From an uncultured Planctomycetaceae bacterium (GTDB lineage Bacteria > Planctomycetota > Planctomycetia > Planctomycetales > Planctomycetaceae), in contig CAWFGE010000012.1 of NCBI GenBank assembly GCA_963815195.1, forward strand, positions 480,001 to 544,000: a stretch of 64,000 bases of DNA. The letters are read 5' to 3'. Shown here in pieces: positions 1-10,181 of the stretch. The translations under genes were made by a program, and so were the position numbers. Below the pieces are notes generated by a model. It had not been told where the DNA came from. It was given only the letters and a program-made list of their open reading frames with translations, and did no database searches. The first letter of the stretch is position 1; each line of letters opens with the position of its first letter.

Positions 1-770
1 CGGACCGCGTTCCCGCGAATGCCACCCGCCCGATTGCCTGGCAGGGAAGTCCAGCGCAGTTGGAATTGTCCGGCAACACGTTTCGCGTGGCGTCGTTCAA
101 TATTCACGGCGGGAAGGGCACGGATCGCGAATTGGATCTGGGCCGGGTCGCAAAATGTCTCGCCGAGGTGCGGCCGGATTTCGCCGGCCTCAGCGAAGTT
201 CACGGGACTTGCTTTGGAACGCGGCTCGATCAGGCCGCGGCGTTGGGGCAAGACTTGAACATGGCCGCGATGTTCGTGCCGACGGAACGGCGGTTCTGGC
301 AGCCGAGCTTCGGGAATGGATTGCTCTCGCGCGTGGCCACATCGCCGGTGCACCGATTGCCCCTGCCTTGCACGCAGGGCAAGAAATACCGCACCGCGAT
401 GTTGACGAGTTTTCAACTGGGCGAACAATCGGTGCGGGTGCTCTCGGTGCATTTGGATCGCGTCGCGGATCGCGAGACGCAGCTCGAGCGTGTGTTTTCT
501 CTGTTTTGCGACCTGGAAAAACCGGCGATTCTGATGGGCGATTTGAATACCTTCCGCGATGACCCGCTGCTCGCGCACTGGCTCGGGAATCCGGAGATTC
601 ATGATGTGATCGGCGAGCGGTTAGGCAAGAACGATTTTCCCCGGCGGATCGATTGGATCTTCACCCGTGGCCTGACCGCCGTCGATGCGGGCTGTGTCGA
701 GAACGAGGCCTCCGATCATCCGCTCGTGTGGGCGGAGTTGAAATTGTTGGAAGCGGAGCCGAAACCTTAA
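1..770 (+). CDS. Endonuclease/exonuclease/phosphatase (EEP) family protein, 5' end probably outside window
   Basis: Motifs RVASFNIHGG, GLSEV, FGNGLLSR, ILMGDLN, RIDWIF and SDHPLV. The frame is open back to the window start. Confidence 0.85.
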   Translation, partial: DRVPANATRPIAWQGSPAQLELSGNTFRVASFNIHGGKGTDRELDLGRVAKCLAEVRPDFAGLSEVHGTCFGTRLDQAAALGQDLNMAAMFVPTERRFWQPSFGNGLLSRVATSPVHRLPLPCTQGKKYRTAMLTSFQLGEQSVRVLSVHLDRVADRETQLERVFSLFCDLEKPAILMGDLNTFRDDPLLAHWLGNPEIHDVIGERLGKNDFPRRIDWIFTRGLTAVDAGCVENEASDHPLVWAELKLLEAEPKP

Positions 771-1016
771 TCCTTACAACTCAAAGTGTACACGGTCGGG
801 TGGCCGGGGCGCAAATTCCCCTTTTGGACACGCTTAAATTGTAAATACTGGGGCAATGGACGACCTAGAAAATTGTCACACGGCCCCAGTCGTCAAAACC
901 GCTTTTGTCCTTGGGACTTTCTTTTGCGCCCAGCCACCCCTTCACCTTCCATTGACAGTTTGAGTTACAAGTAACCATCCCGAGCCTTTGGCTTCTCAAT
1001 GAGGAATGGAATTCTC

Positions 1017-2027
1017 ATGAGCGTGTCCGTCGTCGTGCCGATTTATAACGAACTCGAAAACCTGCCGTTGTTGTACGCGGCCTTGACGGAGGTTTTGGGA
1101 AAGCTCCCGCGCGAGTACGAAATCATCCTCGTGGACGACGGCTCGAGCGACGGCTCGCTGGGCGTGATGGAAGACATGGCCGAACGCGATCCGCACGTGC
1201 GCGTGCTGGAGTTTCGCAAGAATTACGGCCAGACGGCGGCGATGGCCGCGGGCATCCAGGCGGCGACGGGGGATGTGATCGTCACGATGGACGGCGATCT
1301 GCAAAACGACCCCACCGACATTCCCAAGATGCTCGACCTGATCGATGAAGGCTACGACCTCGTCCACGGCTGGCGGAAAGACCGGCAGGATGCGTGGCTC
1401 AGCCGCAAGCTGCCTTCGCGGATCGCCAATTGGCTGATCTCCCGCGTCACCGTGTTCCCGGTGCACGATTTGGGCTGCACGCTCAAAGCCATCCGGCGGG
1501 AGATCGCCCAGGAGATCGAACTCTACGGCGAGATGCACCGCTTCATTCCCATCCTCGCCCGCAACCGCGGTGCCCGCTGCACCGAGATGGTGACGAAGCA
1601 TCACCCCCGCCGATTCGGGCAATCGAAATACGGCATCTCGCGAACGCTCCGCGTGCTGCTCGATTTGCTGACCGTGAAGTATTTGATCCAATACCTGCCC
1701 AGTCCGATGCGGCTGTTCGGCATGGGCGGTTTGGCCTGCTGTCTCGTCGGCCTTCTTTCGGGCACGGCGACGGTCGGCATGAAACTCTTCCAGGGCATCG
1801 ACATGACCGGCAATCCTTTATTGCTCTTGAGCGTGGGAGCCGTGATGCTCGGCGGGCAGTTCATCGTCTTGGGCATGCTGGGCGAACTTTGTGCCCGGAT
1901 TTATTTCTCCGTGAAGCACAAAGAAGTCTACGCGGTCCGCCGGTCCGTCAACTTCAACGAACCGCTGCCTTCGCTTTCAGCCTCGACGAAAGAACCCGAC
2001 GAACCGGTCCGCCACAAAGCGGCTTAA
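1017..2027 (+). CDS. GT2 glycosyltransferase, polyprenol-phosphate glycosyltransferase (ArnC/DPM1-like) with two C-terminal TM helices
   Basis: [52 protein letters not shown]. Confidence 0.9.
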   Translation: MSVSVVVPIYNELENLPLLYAALTEVLGKLPREYEIILVDDGSSDGSLGVMEDMAERDPHVRVLEFRKNYGQTAAMAAGIQAATGDVIVTMDGDLQNDPTDIPKMLDLIDEGYDLVHGWRKDRQDAWLSRKLPSRIANWLISRVTVFPVHDLGCTLKAIRREIAQEIELYGEMHRFIPILARNRGARCTEMVTKHHPRRFGQSKYGISRTLRVLLDLLTVKYLIQYLPSPMRLFGMGGLACCLVGLLSGTATVGMKLFQGIDMTGNPLLLLSVGAVMLGGQFIVLGMLGELCARIYFSVKHKEVYAVRRSVNFNEPLPSLSASTKEPDEPVRHKAA

Positions 2028-2213
2028 ACCACGGATGGCATGCAATTCTGGTCGTCAGAGCAACGAAAAGGAATGAACCACGGATAGTACGAACCGCGAG
2101 GATAAAAGCATCAAACATGCCTCAGCCGCGAAAGGCAAACCGAAACGTTCGTGTCTTTGTGGTAAAAACCGATGTGAAATGCTAATGCCGGACGGTTTGG
2201 TCAAGGAGCGACA

Positions 2214-3869
2214 ATGACAACTGGGAATCAACGTGAACTGAAAACCTGGCGGCTTTCGGCGGCGGCGGTGTTTGGGTTGGGACTTTTGATTGTCTTTTTC
2301 GACCTGGAAGGCTACCGCACGCTGACCAAGCACGAAGGCTTCGTGGCCGTCGTCTCGCGGGAGATGCGCGAGAGCGGCGACTGGGTGGTGCCCCGGTTCG
2401 GCGGCTTGCCCCGCCTCAAAAAACCCCCGCTCGCGTACTGGGCGGCGGCTTCGGCGGGTTGGCTGTTCGGCGAAGATTCCCCCTGGACCGCAAGGTTTCC
2501 GTTCGCGGTCTCGGCGCTGTTGTTGGCCGGGTTGGTCGGCGTCTGGGCGGGGAAATGGTACGGACGCTGGAGCGGACTCGCGGCGGCGCTCGTGCAAATC
2601 TCCTGTGTCTACGTCATCAGTTTCTCCCGCAAAGCCGAGGTCGATATGCTGCTGTGCCTATTGACCACGTCGGCCCTGTTTCTCGTGGCGAACTCCGATC
2701 GCGAAGAAGCCCGCTCGCGCACATTTTTCCGCTGGACGGCGATTTATGCTCTCGTGGGTCTGGCCTGGCTCGCGAAGTTTCATTACGGACCCGCGATGGT
2801 CTTGGGCGTGATCGGCGTGTGGTTTGTCGTCGATCGCCGCTGGCCGAAGCTCTGGGACGTGCTCAACCCCGCGGGATTATTGATCCTGGCGGCGGCGGTC
2901 GTGATCTGGCCTTGGCTGCTTCTCCAGCGCGTCCCCGAAGCCTGGGAAATCTGGCGGACCGAAACCGTCGGCCGGGCCCTGGGCGTGTTCGGCCGCGATC
3001 CGTTCTGGTTTTATATCCCGCAGGCCTTCGTGCAGGCGCTGCCTTGGAGCGTGCTCCTCTGGAAAGCCGGCCGCGACAGTTTTCAAAAAGCCTGGAAACA
3101 AGGCGACACCCGCGAGCGGTTTCTGTGGGTCTGGTTTGTGACGCAGTTTGTGATCCTCTCCATCTCGGCGTTCAAGCATCATCATTACCTGATGGCCGCG
3201 ATGCCCGCGCTGTCGTTGATCCTGGGCCGAACTTTGGCGTCGCTCTGGTCGGACCTGCGAGCCGGCCGCGTGGAAATCACCCGCCGGCATGTCCTCACGC
3301 TCGCTTCGATTGCCTTGATGACCGGCGTGGGCGCTGCGGTGGGAATTTCGCTCAAGTGGCCGCATCTGATGACGGCCGCGATTGTGTTGGGCGTGAGCAT
3401 CGGAATCGCCGGCGTCTTTTGCAGCATTTGGCTGGCCCGGCAAAAGTGGACGAGCGCCGCGGTCACCGCCGGTTTGGGCTTCGCAGTATGTTACGGTCTG
3501 ATCACGGCCGCGATCTTCCCCAACCGCGACCGCCGTCTGCCCACGGTCGAGTTCGCCCAAAACCTTCGGCAAGTCGTTCCCGAGCAGCAGCCGCTGTGCG
3601 TTTATGGACTGAAGGAAGACCCGATCGTGTATTACCTCAAACAGCCGGCGTTCCGGTTGGAGTCGCCCGAGGAACTTTCGCGGCGGATCTCGCAAGCCGG
3701 TTCGCTGGTGATCCTCACCGACAAAGCCCACGTCCCGGAGTTGAGCAAATCGCATTTCGCGGCTCAACCGCTCCCGCTTCCCCAGAGCAGCGAACCGCTC
3801 CCGTGGGTGTTGATAAAACTCACCCCCGCCGCGACCGCGACATCGGAACGATCCACGCGAATCCGCTGA
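2214..3869 (+). CDS. ArnT/PMT-like GT-C membrane glycosyltransferase
   Basis: EGFVAVVSREMRESGDWVVP, KPPLAYW, many TM segments and KHHHYL. Lies directly after the GT2 gene. Confidence 0.85.
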   Translation: MTTGNQRELKTWRLSAAAVFGLGLLIVFFDLEGYRTLTKHEGFVAVVSREMRESGDWVVPRFGGLPRLKKPPLAYWAAASAGWLFGEDSPWTARFPFAVSALLLAGLVGVWAGKWYGRWSGLAAALVQISCVYVISFSRKAEVDMLLCLLTTSALFLVANSDREEARSRTFFRWTAIYALVGLAWLAKFHYGPAMVLGVIGVWFVVDRRWPKLWDVLNPAGLLILAAAVVIWPWLLLQRVPEAWEIWRTETVGRALGVFGRDPFWFYIPQAFVQALPWSVLLWKAGRDSFQKAWKQGDTRERFLWVWFVTQFVILSISAFKHHHYLMAAMPALSLILGRTLASLWSDLRAGRVEITRRHVLTLASIALMTGVGAAVGISLKWPHLMTAAIVLGVSIGIAGVFCSIWLARQKWTSAAVTAGLGFAVCYGLITAAIFPNRDRRLPTVEFAQNLRQVVPEQQPLCVYGLKEDPIVYYLKQPAFRLESPEELSRRISQAGSLVILTDKAHVPELSKSHFAAQPLPLPQSSEPLPWVLIKLTPAATATSERSTRIR

Positions 3870-3881
3870 GTTACCGCGACG

Positions 3882-4772
3882 TTACCATCGGAGAGATTCC
3901 CGGCTCCGACGCCACTCTTCGGGAATTCCTGCGGGACCGACGCTTAAAGCGACGATTCCGCCGATGATCGCGCACGTGGTGTCCACATCCCCTCCGACGC
4001 GGGCCGCGATCCATAATGCTTCGCAGTAATCATCCAAATGAGCCGCCGCGAGCCAGAGGCAGAACGGCACGGTGTCCTGTGCGCTCACCTGGTCGCCGCA
4101 TCCCACTTCATTGGCGACGGTGAAGGGCCATTCGTCCAATGGGCATTTCGCGGCCGTTTCGAGGCCTCGGCGAACTTCGCTGTCCTCCAAATGCTCGAGG
4201 ACGAAAGGCAGCATGCCGCTGGGATCTTCCGACCTGTTTCCATGAGCCCGCTGCCAGGCCCAACCGGCTGCCAATGCCACGGCGACGGCACCGATTTGTC
4301 CTTCCCGGTGCGCATGCGTGACTTCTGCGGAAAGGGCCGCCTGTTCGACCGTGCGATCCACATCTTCCGCGAACCAGCCGCCCAAAGGTGCGACCCGCAT
4401 CGCTCCGCCGTTGCCGAACGAGCCTTGCCCGCCGAACATCTCCCGGCTCGCCGGCCGCCAATCCGCCCCGCGGTTGATGTCGTTCAAAAGACGGAACGCC
4501 CCGCCGCCGTAACCGCGTCCGGGATCGGCGGCAAAACGGCTGGCAAAGGTTTGAGCAAGCGCATTTTGATCGATCTGGCCGTGCGCTTCGAGCACTTCGA
4601 CGATCGCCATCGCCATCTCCGTGTCGTCCGTGTAATGCCACGGAGGCGGCGGGAGATGATTTCGGTCCGCTTGCTCGACAACGCCGGGAAAGAAGAACCG
4701 CTGCCCAAACGCGTCCCCGATGGACAACCCCTCCAAAGCCAGTCGTGTTCGTTCCGATTGTTCGGCTGCCAT
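3882..4772 (-). CDS. ADP-ribosylglycohydrolase family protein
   Basis: GLSIGDAFG, YTDDTEM, RGYG, GNGGAMR, THAH, GGDVDTTCAI. Confidence 0.92.
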   Translation of the reverse strand: MAAEQSERTRLALEGLSIGDAFGQRFFFPGVVEQADRNHLPPPPWHYTDDTEMAMAIVEVLEAHGQIDQNALAQTFASRFAADPGRGYGGGAFRLLNDINRGADWRPASREMFGGQGSFGNGGAMRVAPLGGWFAEDVDRTVEQAALSAEVTHAHREGQIGAVAVALAAGWAWQRAHGNRSEDPSGMLPFVLEHLEDSEVRRGLETAAKCPLDEWPFTVANEVGCGDQVSAQDTVPFCLWLAAAHLDDYCEALWIAARVGGDVDTTCAIIGGIVALSVGPAGIPEEWRRSRESLRW

Positions 4773-4789
4773 CGGTCAACTCCTCCAGC

Positions 4790-6109
4790 CTACAAAATCG
4801 CCCGCACTGCGCTCGCGAGGCGCTTCATGCCCAGGTCGATGCCCGCGGGCGTTTGCACACCGAAGCTCAGCCGCATCTGGTTTCGCGGGCGGGCTTCGTC
4901 GGGCGGAAGGTGGGGATCGGCGGCGAAGCACAATTCGCCCGGCACGTACATCACCTCTTGCACTTTCGTCGCCTGCTCGAACAGCGGACTGTCGAATCCG
5001 GTGGAGACGCCTTCGGGCAGCGTCATCCACACGTAAAGTCCGCCGTGGGGGTGCACCCAACTCACACCGGGAATGCCCGTGAAGTATTTCGCCGCGGCGG
5101 TCAGCATCGCATCGCGTTTGGTGCGATAGGAATTCCGCACCTGTTCGACGTGGGGATAATAATGGCCGTCTTCGAAGACTTGGGCGATGAGGTGCTGGTT
5201 GAGATTCGCCGAGCCGAAGTCTTCGTTGCCTTTGCGGTCGCAAATCGGGGCGATCAAATCCCGCGGGGCGACGCCGTAGCCCACCCGCACGCCGGGCGAA
5301 AAACTTTTGGAAAAGGTCTGCGTGTAAATCACCGTTTCGCGGTCCGGATCGAAGCTCCACACGCTGGGCAAATCGGGCCCATCGTACCTGAGTTCCCGAT
5401 ACGCGGCGTCTTCCAGGATGAAAATCCGCTGCCGCTTCGACCACCGCCGGGCGATTTGGACGACTTCCTCCCGGCGGTCTTCGGAAAGGCTCGCGCCGCT
5501 GGGGTTCTCGTAATAGCTCACCAGATAAATGAGTTTCACGCGGTCCAGAAGCCCCTCCGCTTCGAGGCGGGCGAGCTCGGATTCGAGGGCGTCCATCCGC
5601 ATGCCGTCGTCGTCGGTCGCCACGGGAATCGCCTGGGCTCCCAAGCCGTCGAGGACGCCCAGGAACACGAAATAAGTCGGCGACGCGACGAGGCAGATAT
5701 CGCCCGGGTCCAAAAGAATTTCCCCGACGAGCGACAAGAATTGCTGCGAGCCGGTGGTGAGGAGCAATTGATCCGTGGAAATGCCCAGCCGATCGGTCGG
5801 GCAGCTTTCCTGCGAAGCCAAGTGGCTCAAGAGTTCCCGCCTTAAGCGTTCGGCCCCTGCGGTGGTGCCGTATTGCAGGACGATGCGGGCGAAGTCGTCC
5901 CGCTCGAGCAATCGCCCCGCGGCTTCGCGGGCTTCTTCGACGGGCAGGCTGCCCGGGTCCACGAGTCCCGCCGCCAGCGACAACACGCCCGGGTTTTCGA
6001 CGCCCTGCTGCATCAGAAAACTAATCGCCCCCTTGCTGGCCCATTGCCAGCGCCGGCTGAGCCGGAGGGCGGGTTGCGTGGTCGGCGGGGCGTCGGTGTC
6101 GGTGCTCAT
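4790..6109 (-). CDS. PLP-dependent aminotransferase class I/II (LysN/ARO8-like)
   Basis: LSLAAG, LQYG, TTGSQQ, ENPSG, EDAAY, TFSKSFSPGVRVG. Confidence 0.9.
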   Translation of the reverse strand: MSTDTDAPPTTQPALRLSRRWQWASKGAISFLMQQGVENPGVLSLAAGLVDPGSLPVEEAREAAGRLLERDDFARIVLQYGTTAGAERLRRELLSHLASQESCPTDRLGISTDQLLLTTGSQQFLSLVGEILLDPGDICLVASPTYFVFLGVLDGLGAQAIPVATDDDGMRMDALESELARLEAEGLLDRVKLIYLVSYYENPSGASLSEDRREEVVQIARRWSKRQRIFILEDAAYRELRYDGPDLPSVWSFDPDRETVIYTQTFSKSFSPGVRVGYGVAPRDLIAPICDRKGNEDFGSANLNQHLIAQVFEDGHYYPHVEQVRNSYRTKRDAMLTAAAKYFTGIPGVSWVHPHGGLYVWMTLPEGVSTGFDSPLFEQATKVQEVMYVPGELCFAADPHLPPDEARPRNQMRLSFGVQTPAGIDLGMKRLASAVRAIL

Positions 6110-6397
6110 AAGGCGGTCGGCCGCTCGGTGAAAGGAGAGAAAAGGACATCCACCCGCATCGGAGACACGGCATTTTGAAAAAGGCTCGCGCGGCGGTCTC
6201 CGTTCATCGTCTCCCCTGCGGTTTGGTCCGTCAACCGTCCCTTCCCCTAGAAATCCGCACAGATGTTCGGCAGCGGGAGGGGTTCGTCTTGACCCTCCTT
6301 ATTGAGGGGATTATAAGCCCATCACGCAAACACGCGGGCGCGGGGCGATTGGTTCCGGCTCAGAGACGGCGACTTTTGTCACGGACGACAACCCATC

Positions 6398-8434
6398 ATG
6401 TCGGAAATTCCCACCGCGACTTTCCCCATCAGCGATCCCGCCGATGTGCCGGACAACGCAATGGCCGCGGAGCCGTCCGCGCGGCCGAGCCTTTACCGCC
6501 GGGCGGCGCGGTTTGGGATGCGACTCGTTCGCCGGGCGCTGCTCTTGGCCCGGAGCGCGCATCACTTTGCCCTTAAGAAAGGCGGCTGGCACCGCGCGCC
6601 GTTCGCCGCGGCGTTGCGGGGTTGGCAGTTGCTGCGGAAGGGCGGCGTGAGCGGGCTGGTTCGCCGGTTTCGGATTTTTATCTACCGCGTCGCGTGTTCG
6701 AGTTCGTTTCGCATTCCACTGTCGAATCAATTGACACCCGAAGACGCCGAGCGGTTGTTGGAAGCCCTCGAACTTCAGCCGCGGATTTCGCTGATCGTTC
6801 CGGTGTATCGCATCGAACCGCGCTGGTTGGATTTGTGCATCGGGTCGGTGGTGAACCAGTCTTATCCGAATTGGGAACTGGTTCTCGTGGATGACGGCTC
6901 CGGCGAACGGGCGCTCTCGGAGTTGATGACCGCGTGGGCGGCCCGCGACGAGCGCATCCGGTTGGTGCCCTTGGGGGAGAACCGGAACATCTCCGGGGCG
7001 ACGAACGCGGGGATCGAGCACGCGACGGGCGAGTTCATCGGGTTTTTGGACCACGACGACGAACTCACGCCGGATGCGCTCGCGTGGATCGTCGCCTATC
7101 ATAACCGCCGTCCGGAGGCGCGCTGGTTCTATTCGGACGAGGTGATTGTGAACCCCGAAGGCCAATGCCTGAATTTGCATTTGAAGCCCGATTTTTCGCC
7201 GGAGTTTCTGCTCTCGGCGATGTATACCTGCCATTTGAGCGTGTACGCGGCGGACTTGATCCGCGAAACCGGCGGGATGCGGCTGGGCTTTGAGGGTTCG
7301 CAGGATCACGACTTAGCACTGCGGATTTCCGAGACCGTCCGCCGGGACCAGGTTGTGCATATTCCCCGCGTGCTTTACCGCTGGCGGGCGGTGGAGTCGT
7401 CCACGGCGGCGGATGTGGACTGTAAGCCCCACGCGCTGGTCGCGGGCCGCCGGGCGGTGAAAGAAGCGTTAGCGCGGCGAGGCATTCGCGGCCAGGTTCG
7501 ACCGTCGCCTTATTGCTCGTCGATGTATGAAATCCATCTCCAGCCCCAGCGGTTCCCAGCCGTTTCGATCATCATCCCCACGAAGAACGGCCTTGCCGAT
7601 CTCAAAACCTGCCTCGATTCCCTGCATAAGAAAACCCGCTATCCGGATTATGAAGTCATCGTGATCGACAACCAATCCGACGACCCGAAGCTGCTTGCGT
7701 ATCTGGAACAGGAGCAACAGGCGGGCCGGCTGCGGGTGTTGCCTTATCCGGAGCCGTTTAATCATTCGGACATGAACAACCAGGCCGTCGCGGCGTGCGA
7801 CTCCGAGTATGTCGTGTTCATGAACAACGATGTGGAATTGATTTCGGAGGCTTGGCTCGAAACCCTCGTTGCGGCGGCGGAGTTGGATCGCTCGATCGCG
7901 GGCGTGGGAGCCAAGCTGCTTTATCCGGACAATGCGGTGCAGCACGCCGGGCTGCTCTTGGGGATTTGCGGACTCGCGGGACACGCCCACCGCTTTGCGG
8001 AGGATGACGACCCGGGTTATCTGTGCCGGGCGAATCTGCTCAATGAATTCAGCGGAGCGACCGCGGCTTTGTTATTGATGCGGAAGTCCGCGTTCCGGGA
8101 AGTCGGCGGTTTTGACGAGGCGTTGTTCCCCACGAGCTTCAACGATGTGGACCTGTGGATCCGGCTCGGGAAGGCGGGCTATCGCTGTCTGTATAACCCG
8201 TTCGTCAAGGCCTACCATTACGAATCCAAAACCCGCAAAACCCCGCCGCCGACGGAAGCCGAATACGAAAACCGCCTCAAGGAAAAATGGAAGACGGAAC
8301 TGGCCAGCGACCGGTTTTACAATCCGAACCTGGGGCTGGACAACGAACTGTTCTTCAACCACCGCCCGTATCCGATCGATCTGGACGAGTTCCTGCCCGC
8401 CGCCGCGTCCCGCGGCAGCGCAAAGGCCGCGTGA
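6398..8434 (+). CDS. Tandem two-domain GT2 glycosyltransferase (polysaccharide/O-antigen biosynthesis type)
   Basis: First GT2 domain ISLIVPVY...FLDHDDEL...GSQDHDL. Second domain VSIIIPTKN...FMNNDVE...FNDVDL. Confidence 0.9.
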   Translation: MSEIPTATFPISDPADVPDNAMAAEPSARPSLYRRAARFGMRLVRRALLLARSAHHFALKKGGWHRAPFAAALRGWQLLRKGGVSGLVRRFRIFIYRVACSSSFRIPLSNQLTPEDAERLLEALELQPRISLIVPVYRIEPRWLDLCIGSVVNQSYPNWELVLVDDGSGERALSELMTAWAARDERIRLVPLGENRNISGATNAGIEHATGEFIGFLDHDDELTPDALAWIVAYHNRRPEARWFYSDEVIVNPEGQCLNLHLKPDFSPEFLLSAMYTCHLSVYAADLIRETGGMRLGFEGSQDHDLALRISETVRRDQVVHIPRVLYRWRAVESSTAADVDCKPHALVAGRRAVKEALARRGIRGQVRPSPYCSSMYEIHLQPQRFPAVSIIIPTKNGLADLKTCLDSLHKKTRYPDYEVIVIDNQSDDPKLLAYLEQEQQAGRLRVLPYPEPFNHSDMNNQAVAACDSEYVVFMNNDVELISEAWLETLVAAAELDRSIAGVGAKLLYPDNAVQHAGLLLGICGLAGHAHRFAEDDDPGYLCRANLLNEFSGATAALLLMRKSAFREVGGFDEALFPTSFNDVDLWIRLGKAGYRCLYNPFVKAYHYESKTRKTPPPTEAEYENRLKEKWKTELASDRFYNPNLGLDNELFFNHRPYPIDLDEFLPAAASRGSAKAA

Positions 8435-8473
8435 TTGCGAGCTGCAGGCATTAAATCACCGTGTGCGATTTCC

Positions 8474-8711
8474 CCTCGTTCCCAAGCTCCAGCTTGGGAA
8501 CGCACTTCCGCGAAGCTCCGCTTCGCAACGACGGGCGAATCACATCCAATCAGTGACGACGTCGATCAACCCCGCCTGTTTTTCGAAGATGCGGTATCGT
8601 GCGCGCCATTCGTCTGTCTCCCCGGGGAACTGGAGTTGATTATAGAACAGGCGCGTTGCCAAGCGGAGCTTGGCGACAAGTGCGTTTCCCAGCTGGAGCT
8701 TGGGAACGAGG
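8474..8711. repeat. Inverted pair of REP-like palindromes (REPIN-like)
   Basis: CCTCGTTCCCAAGCTCCAGCTTGGGAACGCACTT...AAGCTCCGCTT (8474-8523) mirrors AAGCGGAGCTT...AAGTGCGTTTCCCAGCTGGAGCTTGGGAACGAGG (8661-8711). Lies between convergent genes. Confidence 0.8.
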
Positions 8712-8816
8712 CGGGGCAACGCGAAGGCCGCGTGATCGAATGAAAAAAGCCCAAGGCGAGTCGTGCCGCCCTGGGCCTGCGAATGTCAATTCCACAGTCT
8801 TAAAACTTGCCGCGGC

Positions 8817-10055
8817 TCATTTCCGGCTGATGTCGTAGACCGTCAGCGTGTCCTGGTCGCGCAGGTACAAGCGGCCGTTGGCGACGACGGGGTGAGCCCA
8901 GGTGGGCTTGCCGGAATCGGGGGTGTCGAAGCGGCCATGCTCGACGTATTCTTTCGGGTTGACATCGACGAGGGCCATCTGGTTTTTCTCGCCGAAGCAG
9001 TAAAGCTGCCCGTCGGCGCAGCACAAGGAGCCTTTGCCGACGCTGCGGTCCCGCCAGGCGATTTCGCCGGTGAGGAACTCCATGCAGATCAGCCCGCCGC
9101 TGCCGAAGCCGTACATGGAATCGCCGACGAGCACGATCCCCCCGTGATGGTTGGCGAGCGGTTTTTGGAAGTAGACTTCCTCGGCGGTGAAGTCGGAGCC
9201 TTTGCGGGTGATCTTCACCAAACCGCCGCCCGTGCCGTAGGCCGAGGACGAGAACACGTAGTTGTCTTTGACGATCGGCGTGGCGACGTTCGCGGTGCCG
9301 TTGGCGGATTTGCTGTAGTCCCAGAGCAGCCGGCCGTCTTTGGCGTCCACGCTCACAATTCGCTGCCGGGTGAATTGGACGAGTTGATGCACGCCTTCGA
9401 TGTCGGCGGCGATGGCGGAGCTGTAATGGGCGGGATCGGTGACGTCGGTGCTTTTCCAGATGACTTCGCCGGTCAACTTGTTGAGGGCCACGATCGTCCC
9501 CTGTTTGCCGCCGGGCGTGACGATCAGTTTTTCGCCATCGACCAGCGGGCTTTCGCTGTAGCCCCAGCCGGGCCGCTTGCCGCCGAAGTCGTCGACGAGA
9601 TGAGCGCTCCACACGACATCGCCGGATTCGGCTTTCAGGCAGGTCAAGGAGCCGTCGCCGCCTTCGCAATAGACATAATTGCCGTCCACGGTGGGCGTGC
9701 CCCGCGGCCCGTCGCCCCGGCCGTGCGTGAAGGCCTTCTTTTCCCGCGGCGGGCGGACGGACCAGATTTGGTCCCCGGTCTTCTCATCGTAGCATTGAAT
9801 CCGGCCTTCCTCGTCCATGTTGCCTTGCGTGAACACGCGGCCGTCGGCCACCGAGACCGTGGCGTAGGCTTTGCCCACGTTGTCGGCTTTCCAGACGACC
9901 TTCGGACCGCCTTCCGGCCATTCGTGCAACAGGCCCGTCTCGTCGGAGATGCCCGTGCGATCCGGCCCGCGCCACTGCGGCCAATCGTCGGCAACGGCTC
10001 CGGCCATCAAGAGACTCAAGGAGAACAAAACAATTAGACCAGGACGGAGTTTCAT
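8817..10055 (-). CDS. Secreted PQQ-like beta-propeller repeat protein (BamB-like, planctomycete-expanded family)
   Basis: Signal peptide, DWPQWRGPDR, GPRGTPTV, WGYSESPLV, WAHPVVANGRLYLRDQ. Confidence 0.88.
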   Translation of the reverse strand: MKLRPGLIVLFSLSLLMAGAVADDWPQWRGPDRTGISDETGLLHEWPEGGPKVVWKADNVGKAYATVSVADGRVFTQGNMDEEGRIQCYDEKTGDQIWSVRPPREKKAFTHGRGDGPRGTPTVDGNYVYCEGGDGSLTCLKAESGDVVWSAHLVDDFGGKRPGWGYSESPLVDGEKLIVTPGGKQGTIVALNKLTGEVIWKSTDVTDPAHYSSAIAADIEGVHQLVQFTRQRIVSVDAKDGRLLWDYSKSANGTANVATPIVKDNYVFSSSAYGTGGGLVKITRKGSDFTAEEVYFQKPLANHHGGIVLVGDSMYGFGSGGLICMEFLTGEIAWRDRSVGKGSLCCADGQLYCFGEKNQMALVDVNPKEYVEHGRFDTPDSGKPTWAHPVVANGRLYLRDQDTLTVYDISRK

Positions 10056-10181
10056 GGGCAGGTCCTCGACAAGGCAGGCAAAGTCAGGCGGGTTTCCTGG
10101 CCGGGGGTGTGGTTGGATGAATCCCGGCGCGACGTTCGATCAGTATAAATCGAACCCAGCCCAAGGGAAAGCCAGCGACGG

